DNA of 64,000 bases from Acidobacteriota bacterium (GTDB taxonomy: Bacteria; Acidobacteriota; UBA890; WLXD01). Under the pieces are notes generated by a model. That model saw only the letters and a program-made list of their open reading frames with translations. It was not told where the DNA came from and made no database searches. The position numbers and the translations under genes were made by a program. Each line of letters begins with the position of its first letter. Position 1 is the stretch's first letter. The stretch spans positions 1,088,001 to 1,152,000 of the forward strand of contig CBDFKD010000002.1 in assembly GCA_965248695.1 (NCBI GenBank). Reading direction: 5' to 3'. Below, in pieces: positions 49,485-58,354 of this stretch.

Positions 49485-49732
49485 CGTCGCTCCTGTTCGC
49501 ATGCGTACCGGGGAGGGGACCCGCTTGGAGAACCGTACCAACGCGGTTGGGCTGCCACAAGGCACTCGACGGCCGCGTGCGCGCAGGCGATTGACAGCAG
49601 CTGGTAGAAGCGGCCAAGTGTGGCGTCAGCTGCGCGCTCGCGGGATCGGCCGCGCGCTTACCCAGGCACCGTACATCGCGACGGCGACGACCACGCTGAC
49701 CACGCCTCGGCTCCCGGCGGAATCGCTTCCGG

Positions 49733-51023
49733 TCAGGCCACCACGCCGTACTCGGTCGGCTTGTAGCTCGAGTCTGGAAAGATCGCCGAGGCGCTGCTGG
49801 CGCCGCCGCGCTTGGTGAGGATCTCGCCGATCACATCGCGATAGTCGATGGTGATCGCCAGGTCCTGGCCGTCGTAAAGGTCACTGTTGCCGAGCCCGGG
49901 CCAGTTGGCGATCACCTGACCACCGGCGATATTGCCGCCCAGCGCCATCATCACGCTGGCGTGTCCGTGGTCGGACCCGGCGCTGCCGTTCTCGCGTGCG
50001 TTGCGGCCGAACTCCGACATGACGATCACCGCGACGTTGGTGAAGCCATCGTCGAACAGATCGGCGTGGAACGCTCCGAGGCCACCGGAAAGGGTGCCCA
50101 TGAGGTTGGCCATCCATCCGTCGAGGGGCCCCTGGTTGTCGTGTGTGTCCCAGCCGCCCAGATCGACGGCCACGGCCTCGACACCGACCTCCGCTTTGAT
50201 CAGCGCCGCGGTCGATTTCAACGCCTGGCCGAACTCCTCCGTCGGGTAGCTGGCACCGCCGCTCGGCTGGTAGCCGGCGAAGTCGATTGCGTCCAGCATG
50301 TCGATGGTCTGGGTGGTGCTCAGCGCGGCCGTCTTGAGCGGCTCGTCGTAGGCGGCGTACATTGCCTCGATGACCGCCTGGCGGTTGCCGGCCGTGTTGG
50401 CCGGCCCCGCGAGTCCGAACTCGCCGAGATCGTAGATCGGCAGCGCCTGGGGGGCTCCACTCAGTGTCTTCTGCAATCCGTAGCCGATGCCGATGGCTCG
50501 CAGAGCGGCGTCAGCCTCGCTGGCTGCTGTGCTCTCCAAGTGGCGACCGAGCCAGCCGGTGAACAGGCTCGGCGGCGGTGCTCCCTGGCCGACCTCCATG
50601 TTATGCATCGCCTCGAAGTGGGATCGAGTCGGGTCCTCGAGTCCGGTCGCGTGCACCACCAGCAGGTCGCCAGCCGCATACGCCCCGGCCAGCGGCTCCA
50701 TGCCCGGAGCGAAGCCGAATTGGCCGTCCAGATCGATGGCCTTGTTGGCTCCACTGGCGTCGGGCGGCTGGATTGCCAGGCCGGGGCGCAGGCTGTAGTA
50801 ACCGTCGTCGAAGTAAGGCGGCACCATGGTCAGCCCGTCGGCGCCGCCGCGCAGGAACACCCGACACGATGATGTCGCGGTCGGTCGCGGCGGATTGCGC
50901 CCAGGCGACGCGCGGCACCCACCCTGGTGACAGCGCTGCCACCGCGGCCGCGCCTCCCCATCGGACGAAGCTCCGTCGTGACACGTTGTTGTATTCGTTG
51001 CAGCCACCGTCACGCATGCTCAT
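49733..51023 (-). pseudogene. DUF1501 family protein (copy B) with a one-base frameshift near 50860-50862 (pseudogene or sequencing error)
   Basis: N-terminal frame MSMRDGGCNEY..SRRSF..DRDIIVS and body frame VFLRGGADG... are joined by GTG TCG G GTG TTC; copy A reads DRDVVVSLFLRGG uninterrupted. Confidence 0.85.
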
Positions 51024-51024
51024 C

Positions 51025-52566
51025 TCAGTACTCCTGGAACTCAGGGGAGGAGATGGTGAGGCCGATCGCGTCCTGGACTCGTTGCCGGTTGAGGTTGCCC
51101 GAGCTCAGGTAGCCCTTGATCTGCGTACGCGTGGCCTTGGTCATCGTGCCGCCGAGCAACGCGTCATCGAGGCGGTTGACGATCGAGTTGGGGGTGCCGT
51201 TGGGATCGTCGAGGCCGGCGTCGACGCTGAAGCCGTTGCGGTCGCCGCCGAACAGAGTGGCGCCGAAGTTCCACCTCGGCAGAATGAAGCCCGACCAGTA
51301 CTCGGCACTGTCGGGGTAGCCGTTCGGCGGGTCCCAATCGAACGGGATGTGGCCGGCGGAGCGCAACGATTGCAGCACGAAGCGCGCATCGCCGATCTCG
51401 GCGCCCATGGCGCGGATTGCCGATACCGCCAGGTGGAACGGGCGCTTCAGCTTGGTCGTTGCCGACTGCATCCGCGTCCGCGCCAGCGCCGTACGCACCA
51501 TGTCGCGGATGTCACCGCCAGTCTGCTTATAGGTCGTCTTTACCTTGTTGATGGCGGTCTTCTTGGGCTCGTAGCCCCACAGGTAACGCAGCATTTTCTC
51601 GGCGATGAAGGCGCGAGTCTCCTTGCGATCGATGAGCAGATCGATCACCTGCTCACCGTCGGCGATGCCTCCGCCGGCCGCGATGGTCTTGCCGAGAACC
51701 TTCTTCTTGCCCTTGTCGTGGTTGCGCGCATCGAACCGGAAGGTGCCGGGCTCGCCCGGGCTCCGAACACCGTAGCTCCACGTCCAGCCGGTAAGGCAGC
51801 GAGCCACCTCCTTGACGTCGGTCTCGGTGTAGCCGTTGTCGGCGCCCATGGTGTGCAGCTCCATGAGCTCGCGGGCGTAGTTCTCGTTCGGTGCCCCCGC
51901 CCGGTTGGTGTCGTTGGTGAGGTATACGAGCATCGACGGGCTGTGGGCGCTGGCCGAGAGCAGCTCGCCGAAGTTGCCCAGGGCGTTCTGGCGAATGACC
52001 TCGCGGTCGTCGACCGGCTTCAGCAACGGCTGCGGCTGGGCGAAAATGTCGATGTTAAAGTGGTCGGACGAGAACACCACCATGCGCTCGTACAGCTGCC
52101 GCGGGCTGTACGCAGCCCGGTACACCGTTGCCGTCCAGAGCTCGATGACCGGGATGATGGGGTTGTTGAAATAGCGATCGAACAACTCCGACGGCGACAT
52201 TGTCAGGGTCGGCAACGTCTCTGCCAGCGAATCTTCCAACTCGCTGTTGTCGAGCGCCTCGTAGTCGAGCTGCTCATCGAGATACGCGTCGTAGCCGATC
52301 GCGTCGATGCGCTCGTAGTCGGCCGTTGTCGGTCCCATCGTGGCTCGGTGCAGCAACGTCCGACTGACCTTGCTGGCGGCCTTCAGGTGGCCATCCTCAG
52401 CCTGACGAGTCGCCGACGCGATCCGCGCCAGCTCGGCATGAACGCTGCGGGGCAGCCGCACGGCGCGGTCGCGGAAGAGGCCGCGCGGCAGATTCCGTAC
52501 CTTTTCGCGCAGGCCGGGTGTGGGTGGGCCGTTGAAGCCGCCTGACATCTCTTGCATCTGCGCCAT
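51025..52566 (-). CDS. DUF1800 family protein (copy B)
   Basis: Same motifs as copy A (NENYARELMELHTMGADNGYTETDVKEVARC, SPEFQEY); GGAGG RBS. Confidence 0.9.
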   Translation of the reverse strand: MAQMQEMSGGFNGPPTPGLREKVRNLPRGLFRDRAVRLPRSVHAELARIASATRQAEDGHLKAASKVSRTLLHRATMGPTTADYERIDAIGYDAYLDEQLDYEALDNSELEDSLAETLPTLTMSPSELFDRYFNNPIIPVIELWTATVYRAAYSPRQLYERMVVFSSDHFNIDIFAQPQPLLKPVDDREVIRQNALGNFGELLSASAHSPSMLVYLTNDTNRAGAPNENYARELMELHTMGADNGYTETDVKEVARCLTGWTWSYGVRSPGEPGTFRFDARNHDKGKKKVLGKTIAAGGGIADGEQVIDLLIDRKETRAFIAEKMLRYLWGYEPKKTAINKVKTTYKQTGGDIRDMVRTALARTRMQSATTKLKRPFHLAVSAIRAMGAEIGDARFVLQSLRSAGHIPFDWDPPNGYPDSAEYWSGFILPRWNFGATLFGGDRNGFSVDAGLDDPNGTPNSIVNRLDDALLGGTMTKATRTQIKGYLSSGNLNRQRVQDAIGLTISSPEFQEY

Positions 52567-52800
52567 TCCGGACCTCCTTCGACGCTCGCTGGCCCCGGGG
52601 ACCTCGGAGGGCGGTGGTCAACTGCGAGCAGCAGTCGCTAGCGGGCCAGCGGGGCGAATTGTCGACGCGGTTGCCCATACAAACGATACGTCGCGCCAAC
52701 GGTACACCTGTATGACGCCGATTCTGGCGCCCCGTGATTTGGTCTCGGTGGAATGACGCCGCGCCGGCGAGCGCGCCAGTCTGCATTCCTCCGGAGACTT

Positions 52801-54969
52801 CTAACGACGGCCCGTGATGGCTGCCAGCGGGTTCTCGAGCATCCAGATCTCGGCTCGGTGTTGGCCGGCGGAGAACACCAGGCGATCGTAGCGGGGGTGC
52901 AGTCGGATGTCTCGCAGATCGCGAGGCAGGTCATCCGTGAGGATGCGGGTCTCTCCGTCCCTGCCGGCCCAGCCGAGCGAATGCCGGTCGTCGTCGGCGC
53001 GCACGTACAGCGCCCCGGAGCCGTCGCTGGTCCAGCCGATGAGGTCGACTCCCTGCCGACTGGTGCCCAACGTGGTGATGTCGCGGCGCTCTCCCGTCGT
53101 GAGGCTAATGAACTCGAGTACCCAGTAGGACGGCTCGTCGGCTTCGCTGTCGCCGCGGCGGGTGGCGGTGGCCAGCGTGGTGCCGTTGGGCGCAAACGAC
53201 AGCGCGCGTACGTCAGCCGGCGGCACGCCGAGCATCATCACGGTCTCTTCTCGGCTGTCGATGTTGCGCAGCACGAGGTCGCCCTTGCCTTCGCGCTCCT
53301 GCGGGCGGTAGTAGGCCAGAAGGCGGCCGTCCGGCGATACGGCCGGCGCTGAGGAACACGCGCAGCTGGCGCGGTCCCAAGTGACCATGGCCTCGACCGC
53401 GGCGGTGTCCGCGTTGATCGTGTAGATCCCCCACCGACTGTCGGTGTCGAGCGCTTCCACCACCAGATTGGTCCCGTCGGGGTGCCACCGTGGGGTCAGG
53501 ATCTTGCGCAGAGCGGGTGCCGGGGAGTGCTCCCGACCGGTTTCGAGGTCTCGGACGACGAGAATCGTCGGCCCCAGACCCGCCGGGAGCATGCCGCGAT
53601 CCGACAGGTAAACCATGCGTCTCCCGGCGACGGACAACGCCGGTGCTCGGTTGACGCCCACAAACCGACCGCCGATCGCCACGCGCTCACCGATGGCGCC
53701 GGTCTGTGGATCGATCGTGGCGGTATAGATATCGTCGAGGCTTATTTGCTGTGCGTACACGAGCGCGCCGTGATCGGTGAACCCCAGCGGAATGCTGCGC
53801 CCGAAGTCGGGCTTTACGAGCTGCGGCTCGTCGCGCCGTCGACCTTCGCTGTCCACCGCCACAACCCACGCCGCCAGTGTCCCGGTGCGGTCGCTGACGA
53901 AGAGCACGTAGCGCCCGTCGGCTGTCCAGATCGGGAGCAGGTCGTTGGCGGGGTGGTCCACCAGCTTGGTGGTCATCGAGCCGTCGCTGGCAACCAGCAG
54001 AATGTCGTGCGTGCCGCTCTCGTCAAGGTGGTGGTACGCGATCCAGCGTCCGTCGGGCGACAGCCGCGCGATCTCGGGCGCCGTTGCGCCGAGATCGGCC
54101 ACGACGCGCACAGCGCCATCCTCGGTCGATATCAACGCGAGCTCGTTGGTGTTCTCGTCGACAGAAACAACCGCCAGCAGATCGTTGCCGTTCGTTGACC
54201 AGCTCTCGAGCTCGACGTGACGAGGTCGCGTCCAGTCGGCCAGCAGCGTGCGCTCTTCGGATCCGTCCGCCGCGACGATGTGGATCTCGTAGCCACTCTC
54301 GACGTCGCGCCGGGCGTAGGCGATGCTGCGACCGTCGGGCGAGATCACGCTCGAGCGCCAGGTGTCATTTTCCAGATCGCTGCCCAGGTCGGTGACGGCC
54401 CGTTGGGAGCCGCGGTCCAGGTCGTGTACCGCCAGGCTCCCGGAGGCCGCGTCGACGAAGGCAATGAAGCTGCCGTCGGGCGCCAGGGCGCCGAACGCAT
54501 ACGCTTCGGACCCTTCCAGGAGCCGGCGTGCCACCATCGAGTTGCCAGCGCCTACGCGCATCTCGTCGCCCAGCGCGGCGCGAGCCAGGCGCACGAGCTC
54601 GTCGAGCCGCGGGTCGGTGGCGTAGTCCGTCACCACCCTTCGGTGGTGAGCAAGCGCTTCCTCCACACGCCCGACTCGCGATAGCAGTACGGCGAGGCGA
54701 AACTCGGCGACGGCCGCCAGCGGTGCGTCGGCATCGCGAGCATTCAGCGCCAGCTCGTAGGTCGCGATGGCGGCGTCCGGATCTCCCACCGCCTCCTCGA
54801 GGTGAATGGCGCGCTGCAGCAGCTGCCTGGCGCTCGCGGCCGCCTGCTGTGTCGTCATTCCGGCGACCGCTAAGGCCGCCGCGGGCAGCACCACACAAAG
54901 CACCGCGACGAGCGCAGCGGTTGTGGGCAGCCGCCAGGGAGGCGCATGCCGGCCACTTCCGAGGCTCAT
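52801..54969 (-). CDS. Exported protein with N-terminal TPR-like helices and TolB/PD40-like beta-propeller
   Basis: Signal peptide; GDPDAAIATY..., LGRVEEA-type TPR; repeated SPDGR/WTADG/WHPDG motifs; ATGA overlap with the response regulator. Confidence 0.78.
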   Translation of the reverse strand: MSLGSGRHAPPWRLPTTAALVAVLCVVLPAAALAVAGMTTQQAAASARQLLQRAIHLEEAVGDPDAAIATYELALNARDADAPLAAVAEFRLAVLLSRVGRVEEALAHHRRVVTDYATDPRLDELVRLARAALGDEMRVGAGNSMVARRLLEGSEAYAFGALAPDGSFIAFVDAASGSLAVHDLDRGSQRAVTDLGSDLENDTWRSSVISPDGRSIAYARRDVESGYEIHIVAADGSEERTLLADWTRPRHVELESWSTNGNDLLAVVSVDENTNELALISTEDGAVRVVADLGATAPEIARLSPDGRWIAYHHLDESGTHDILLVASDGSMTTKLVDHPANDLLPIWTADGRYVLFVSDRTGTLAAWVVAVDSEGRRRDEPQLVKPDFGRSIPLGFTDHGALVYAQQISLDDIYTATIDPQTGAIGERVAIGGRFVGVNRAPALSVAGRRMVYLSDRGMLPAGLGPTILVVRDLETGREHSPAPALRKILTPRWHPDGTNLVVEALDTDSRWGIYTINADTAAVEAMVTWDRASCACSSAPAVSPDGRLLAYYRPQEREGKGDLVLRNIDSREETVMMLGVPPADVRALSFAPNGTTLATATRRGDSEADEPSYWVLEFISLTTGERRDITTLGTSRQGVDLIGWTSDGSGALYVRADDDRHSLGWAGRDGETRILTDDLPRDLRDIRLHPRYDRLVFSAGQHRAEIWMLENPLAAITGRR

Positions 54970-55658
54970 GGAATGAACTTGTAGCCGGCGCCGCGCACCG
55001 TCAGTAGGTGGCGAGGGTTCTGCGAGTCGGGCTCGAGCTTCTGACGCAGTCGATACATGAAGGTGTCGATAGTCCGCGTCGTCGGATAGGCGTTGAGCCC
55101 CCAAACGTCGTCCAGCAAACGATCGCGCGTGATGACCTCGTGTGGGTGCTCGATCATCAGGCGCAGCATGGCAACCTCACGGTCTGTCAAATCGTGTTGT
55201 TCAGAGCCACGGAAGACTACGTACTGGCCGAAATCGACCACCGCGTCGCCGATCTCGACACGTTCGGCGCCACCATTCTCGTTGCTCGCCCGGCGCAGGT
55301 GGGCACGCACTCGCGCCAGCAGCTCCTTGACGCTGAACGGCTTGGTGACGTAGTCGTCGGCGCCGGTGTCCAGGCCCTCGACCTTGTCGCCTTCCTGCGA
55401 CTTCGCGGTGAGCATGATCACCGGCGTCCGGATGCCCCGCTGGCGCAGCTCGCGACACACCTGGATGCCGTCGACCTTCGGCAGCATCACGTCGAGAAGG
55501 ATCAGGTCGGCACGCCCGGTGAGCGCTAGCTCGATGCCGAGCTCCCCGTCGGGAGCCGACATCACCGCGAACCCATGATGCCCGAGAGCGTCACGTAGTC
55601 CGCTGACCAGATGCGGCTCGTCCTCGATTACCAGAATCGTGGATCGGCTTTCACTCAA
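54966..55658 (-). CDS. OmpR/PhoB-family response regulator
   Basis: ILVIEDE, LILLDVMLP, MLTAK, GADDYVTKPF, TRTID..LRQKLE, TVRGAGYKF; TTG start inferred. Confidence 0.95.
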   Translation of the reverse strand: MSESRSTILVIEDEPHLVSGLRDALGHHGFAVMSAPDGELGIELALTGRADLILLDVMLPKVDGIQVCRELRQRGIRTPVIMLTAKSQEGDKVEGLDTGADDYVTKPFSVKELLARVRAHLRRASNENGGAERVEIGDAVVDFGQYVVFRGSEQHDLTDREVAMLRLMIEHPHEVITRDRLLDDVWGLNAYPTTRTIDTFMYRLRQKLEPDSQNPRHLLTVRGAGYKFIP

Positions 55659-57894
55659 CAGACTCTTCCCCACTCGTTTGTTCGTCGATCTCCATTCCCG
55701 TTGTTCGCCGGCGCGACTGCGCCTCGGCGTCTCGGGGCAGGGTGACGGTGAAGGTCGTGCCCTCTTTCGGTGTGCTTGCGACGTCGATGAGCCCGCGATG
55801 GGCATCGACGATATGGCGGACGATGGTGAGTCCGATCCCGCTACCGGCGACCGAGCTGACCTCGGGATTGTCGATGCGACAGAACGGTTCGAAGATCCTC
55901 TCTACCGCTTCGTTGGTCATCCCGACGCCGGTGTCGGAGATTTCGATCCGCACGTGCTCGTCCTCGACGGCGAGTTTTACCGCGACGCGCTTGTCGCCGT
56001 TGCCGATGTACTTGGCGGCGTTCGACAACAAATTCACCAACACCTGCGCGATTCCCTCGCGATCGACGCGCACGACCACCGGCGCTGTAGGCAGGTCGAC
56101 TTCGAGCTCGATGCCGGCCGTCTCGAATGAGTAGCGGTAGCGCTCGATGATGTCGCCGATCAGCCGCCCCAGATCATCCGGTCGGAAGCGGAAGTCGCGG
56201 CGGCCGGACTCGATGCGCGAGAAATCGAGCACGTTCTCGATGACGCCCGAGAGACGTTCGCTCTCGCCGAGCATGACCTGGTAGTACTCGGGCTTCTTGG
56301 TTTCAGGCACCCAGCCGGCGCGCAAGTTCTCGGCAAACATGCGGATCAATGACAGCGGCGTCTTGAGCTCGTGCGAAACGTTCGAGACGAAATCCGAGCG
56401 CGCCCCCGCCAGGGCGACCTCGCGCGAGATCGTGCGGGTGGCCAGGACGAGCCCTCCGACAACCGCGAGAAAGGCCGCCATCAGCAGAACGGCATAGTCC
56501 AGCACATCGCGTTGCCCTACCGCCGCCAGCGTGCCGGCGCGCGGGAACGCTGCAAGATGCCAACCGGGCAGCGCCACGAGATCGATTCGCGCAGTGACCC
56601 TGTCATCGGAGGGGTTGCTGGTGGTGGCGAAAATGATCTCGTTGGTCGAGTCCAGCAACGCGACGCCGTGGCCGCGCCAGGGGCCATCCTGTTCCAGCAA
56701 GTAGGCCAGCAACATCTTGACGCTCTCGGGCCGCCATCGCCGGATCAGTCGCCAGCCGCTATCGCCCCGTTCGGCGAACGCCGTGGCGCCGCTCACGTCC
56801 GCCTGCAGGTTCAGGTAGCTCGTACGCCACTCCGTCGCGTCGCGTCCGTCGCGCGGATCGCTGGCGATGTCGCTATTGGAGATGGCTCGCAGTGAGCGCT
56901 TGCCGGGCCGGGTCGAGGCGGCGATCGCCTCCAGTTGCGAAGCTTGTCGCACCAGCACGGTGAGGGATGAGTCGACGTTTTCGAGCTCGCGATCGCTCGC
57001 CACGATCTTGTCGAGCCGTTGGATCTGGTCATCGCTCAGCTGGTGCGCGCGCAACGCCTCTTCGAGCTCGGCGCGATAAAAGTCGTACACGTCGGCATCG
57101 AGGTTGAAGCGGTGCTCGATCAGGAACTCGAGTGCCTTGAACGTGCTGTCGCAGGCGGCGTCTCGGTCACCGATGTCGTTAAGGGCGTCGCTACCCTGCA
57201 GACGCGCAACGATCGCCCACCGGGAGAGCTCGGCGTCGAACGGATCGGCGATCTGGACGATGCGCGAGTAGGTTTCCACCGCGTCCTTCGAGCGTCCGAC
57301 CTTGCGTTGCGTGCGCGCCAGCGCGTTGAGCGCTCGCACACGGTCCGTGCGCGTCACGGCCGCGCCTACGGCGCGTCGATACATGCGCTCCGCCAGGGTC
57401 AGGTCAAGGGTCCAGAGCTCAGCCTCCTGGCCGCGATCGAAAAGCCACACCGAGGAGTCGTCCGTCGGCAGCAGGATTCGAGCCAGCTCGGTGGAGAAGC
57501 TCGGGACGTCGTTGGTGTCACTGGCTCGTACCGGGTACACGATGCGCCCGTCCGGTGCCAGCATCAGCATCGGACGCAGGGACGGAAACGTGAGCTCCGC
57601 CTGGTGCAGTCGCTGGATGATGTTCTTCTCCGTCCAGGGGCCCTCTTCCAGCTCGGCGAGCAGCTCGCGCTCCCACTCCGCCATGGTCTCGTCGAGCTCA
57701 GTGGTCACCAGGTCGGCGATGCGCACGTAGCGTTCCTCGACCAGCAGCTGTCGAGTTGCAGCTCGCTGACCGATCGACACGATGCTCACCACCGCCAGGA
57801 TCAGGATGGGCAGCATGAAGGCGGCGAGCAGGCCGAGGCCCGCCCGCGACGTCCATCGGATGCCGGACCAGCCGAGCGGGCGCGATTTCCGCAT
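55651..57894 (-). CDS. Membrane sensor histidine kinase with a large extracytoplasmic TPR-like domain
   Basis: Two TM segments; H-box VSHELKTPL; N-box NLLSNAAKY; DTGVG, IFEPF, GSGIGL; GGAGG upstream. Confidence 0.92.
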   Translation of the reverse strand: MRKSRPLGWSGIRWTSRAGLGLLAAFMLPILILAVVSIVSIGQRAATRQLLVEERYVRIADLVTTELDETMAEWERELLAELEEGPWTEKNIIQRLHQAELTFPSLRPMLMLAPDGRIVYPVRASDTNDVPSFSTELARILLPTDDSSVWLFDRGQEAELWTLDLTLAERMYRRAVGAAVTRTDRVRALNALARTQRKVGRSKDAVETYSRIVQIADPFDAELSRWAIVARLQGSDALNDIGDRDAACDSTFKALEFLIEHRFNLDADVYDFYRAELEEALRAHQLSDDQIQRLDKIVASDRELENVDSSLTVLVRQASQLEAIAASTRPGKRSLRAISNSDIASDPRDGRDATEWRTSYLNLQADVSGATAFAERGDSGWRLIRRWRPESVKMLLAYLLEQDGPWRGHGVALLDSTNEIIFATTSNPSDDRVTARIDLVALPGWHLAAFPRAGTLAAVGQRDVLDYAVLLMAAFLAVVGGLVLATRTISREVALAGARSDFVSNVSHELKTPLSLIRMFAENLRAGWVPETKKPEYYQVMLGESERLSGVIENVLDFSRIESGRRDFRFRPDDLGRLIGDIIERYRYSFETAGIELEVDLPTAPVVVRVDREGIAQVLVNLLSNAAKYIGNGDKRVAVKLAVEDEHVRIEISDTGVGMTNEAVERIFEPFCRIDNPEVSSVAGSGIGLTIVRHIVDAHRGLIDVASTPKEGTTFTVTLPRDAEAQSRRRTTGMEIDEQTSGEESVE

Positions 57895-58103
57895 ATGCAC
57901 GGAGCCTCCCATGATGGGGATTCTCCCATGAGGGTTCAGGGGCTCGGTCAACGTTCTGTCAAACGGCGAGGCTTCAGCGGTCATCGGTCCGGAGCCGGGA
58001 CACAGCCGCCGTGTGGCCACGGGCTGGCGCTCCAGACCGCCCGCCATCGGCCTCGATGTGGATCTCACTCGTCCCGAACGCCTTCGACCAGGCGAAAAAA
58101 AGG

Positions 58104-58198
58104 CGGAGGGGGTGGGATTCGAACCCACGTGCCGAGTTTTTACCCCGACAACTCGATTTCGAGTCGAGCGCGTTACGGCCGGACTTCGCTACCCCTCC
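58104..58198 (-). tRNA. tRNA-Ser (anticodon CGA); CCA not encoded
   Basis: Acceptor GGAGGGG/CCCCTCC with discriminator G; anticodon arm CTCGA-CT-CGA-AA-TCGAG; long variable arm; T-arm GTGGG-TTCGAAT-CCCAC. Confidence 0.95.
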
Positions 58199-58220
58199 AG
58201 GCTGGCGGTCGAGCCCGCCT

Positions 58221-58229
58221 AGGATAGCA
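58221..58229 (-). promoter_or_regulatory. Candidate extended -10 promoter for tRNA-Ser
   Basis: Minus strand TGCTATCCT about 22 nt upstream of the tRNA 5' end. Confidence 0.45.
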
Positions 58230-58354
58230 TCGGGATACGTTTTCGTGCCCCGCACTGACCTCCACCTGGGCCACCCACGGCACGGGCCCAGGGGACAGCG
58301 AGGGCATGGCCCCCAGCCCACCAGGCACGGCCCCCAGCCAGACAGGAAGCACCC

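Noticed and set aside
58079-58101. Hairpin CGCCT/AGGCG next to an A/T run as the tRNA terminator
   Set aside because: On the tRNA strand the U-run precedes the hairpin, so it is not a canonical intrinsic terminator
46655-58104. tRNA-anchored genomic island
   Set aside because: No integrase and no duplicated tRNA 3' end seen by eye in the window
58104-58198. Long tRNA as a possible tRNA-Sec serving the UGA-containing gene
   Set aside because: Anticodon is CGA and the acceptor stem is 7 bp, so it is tRNA-Ser, not selC
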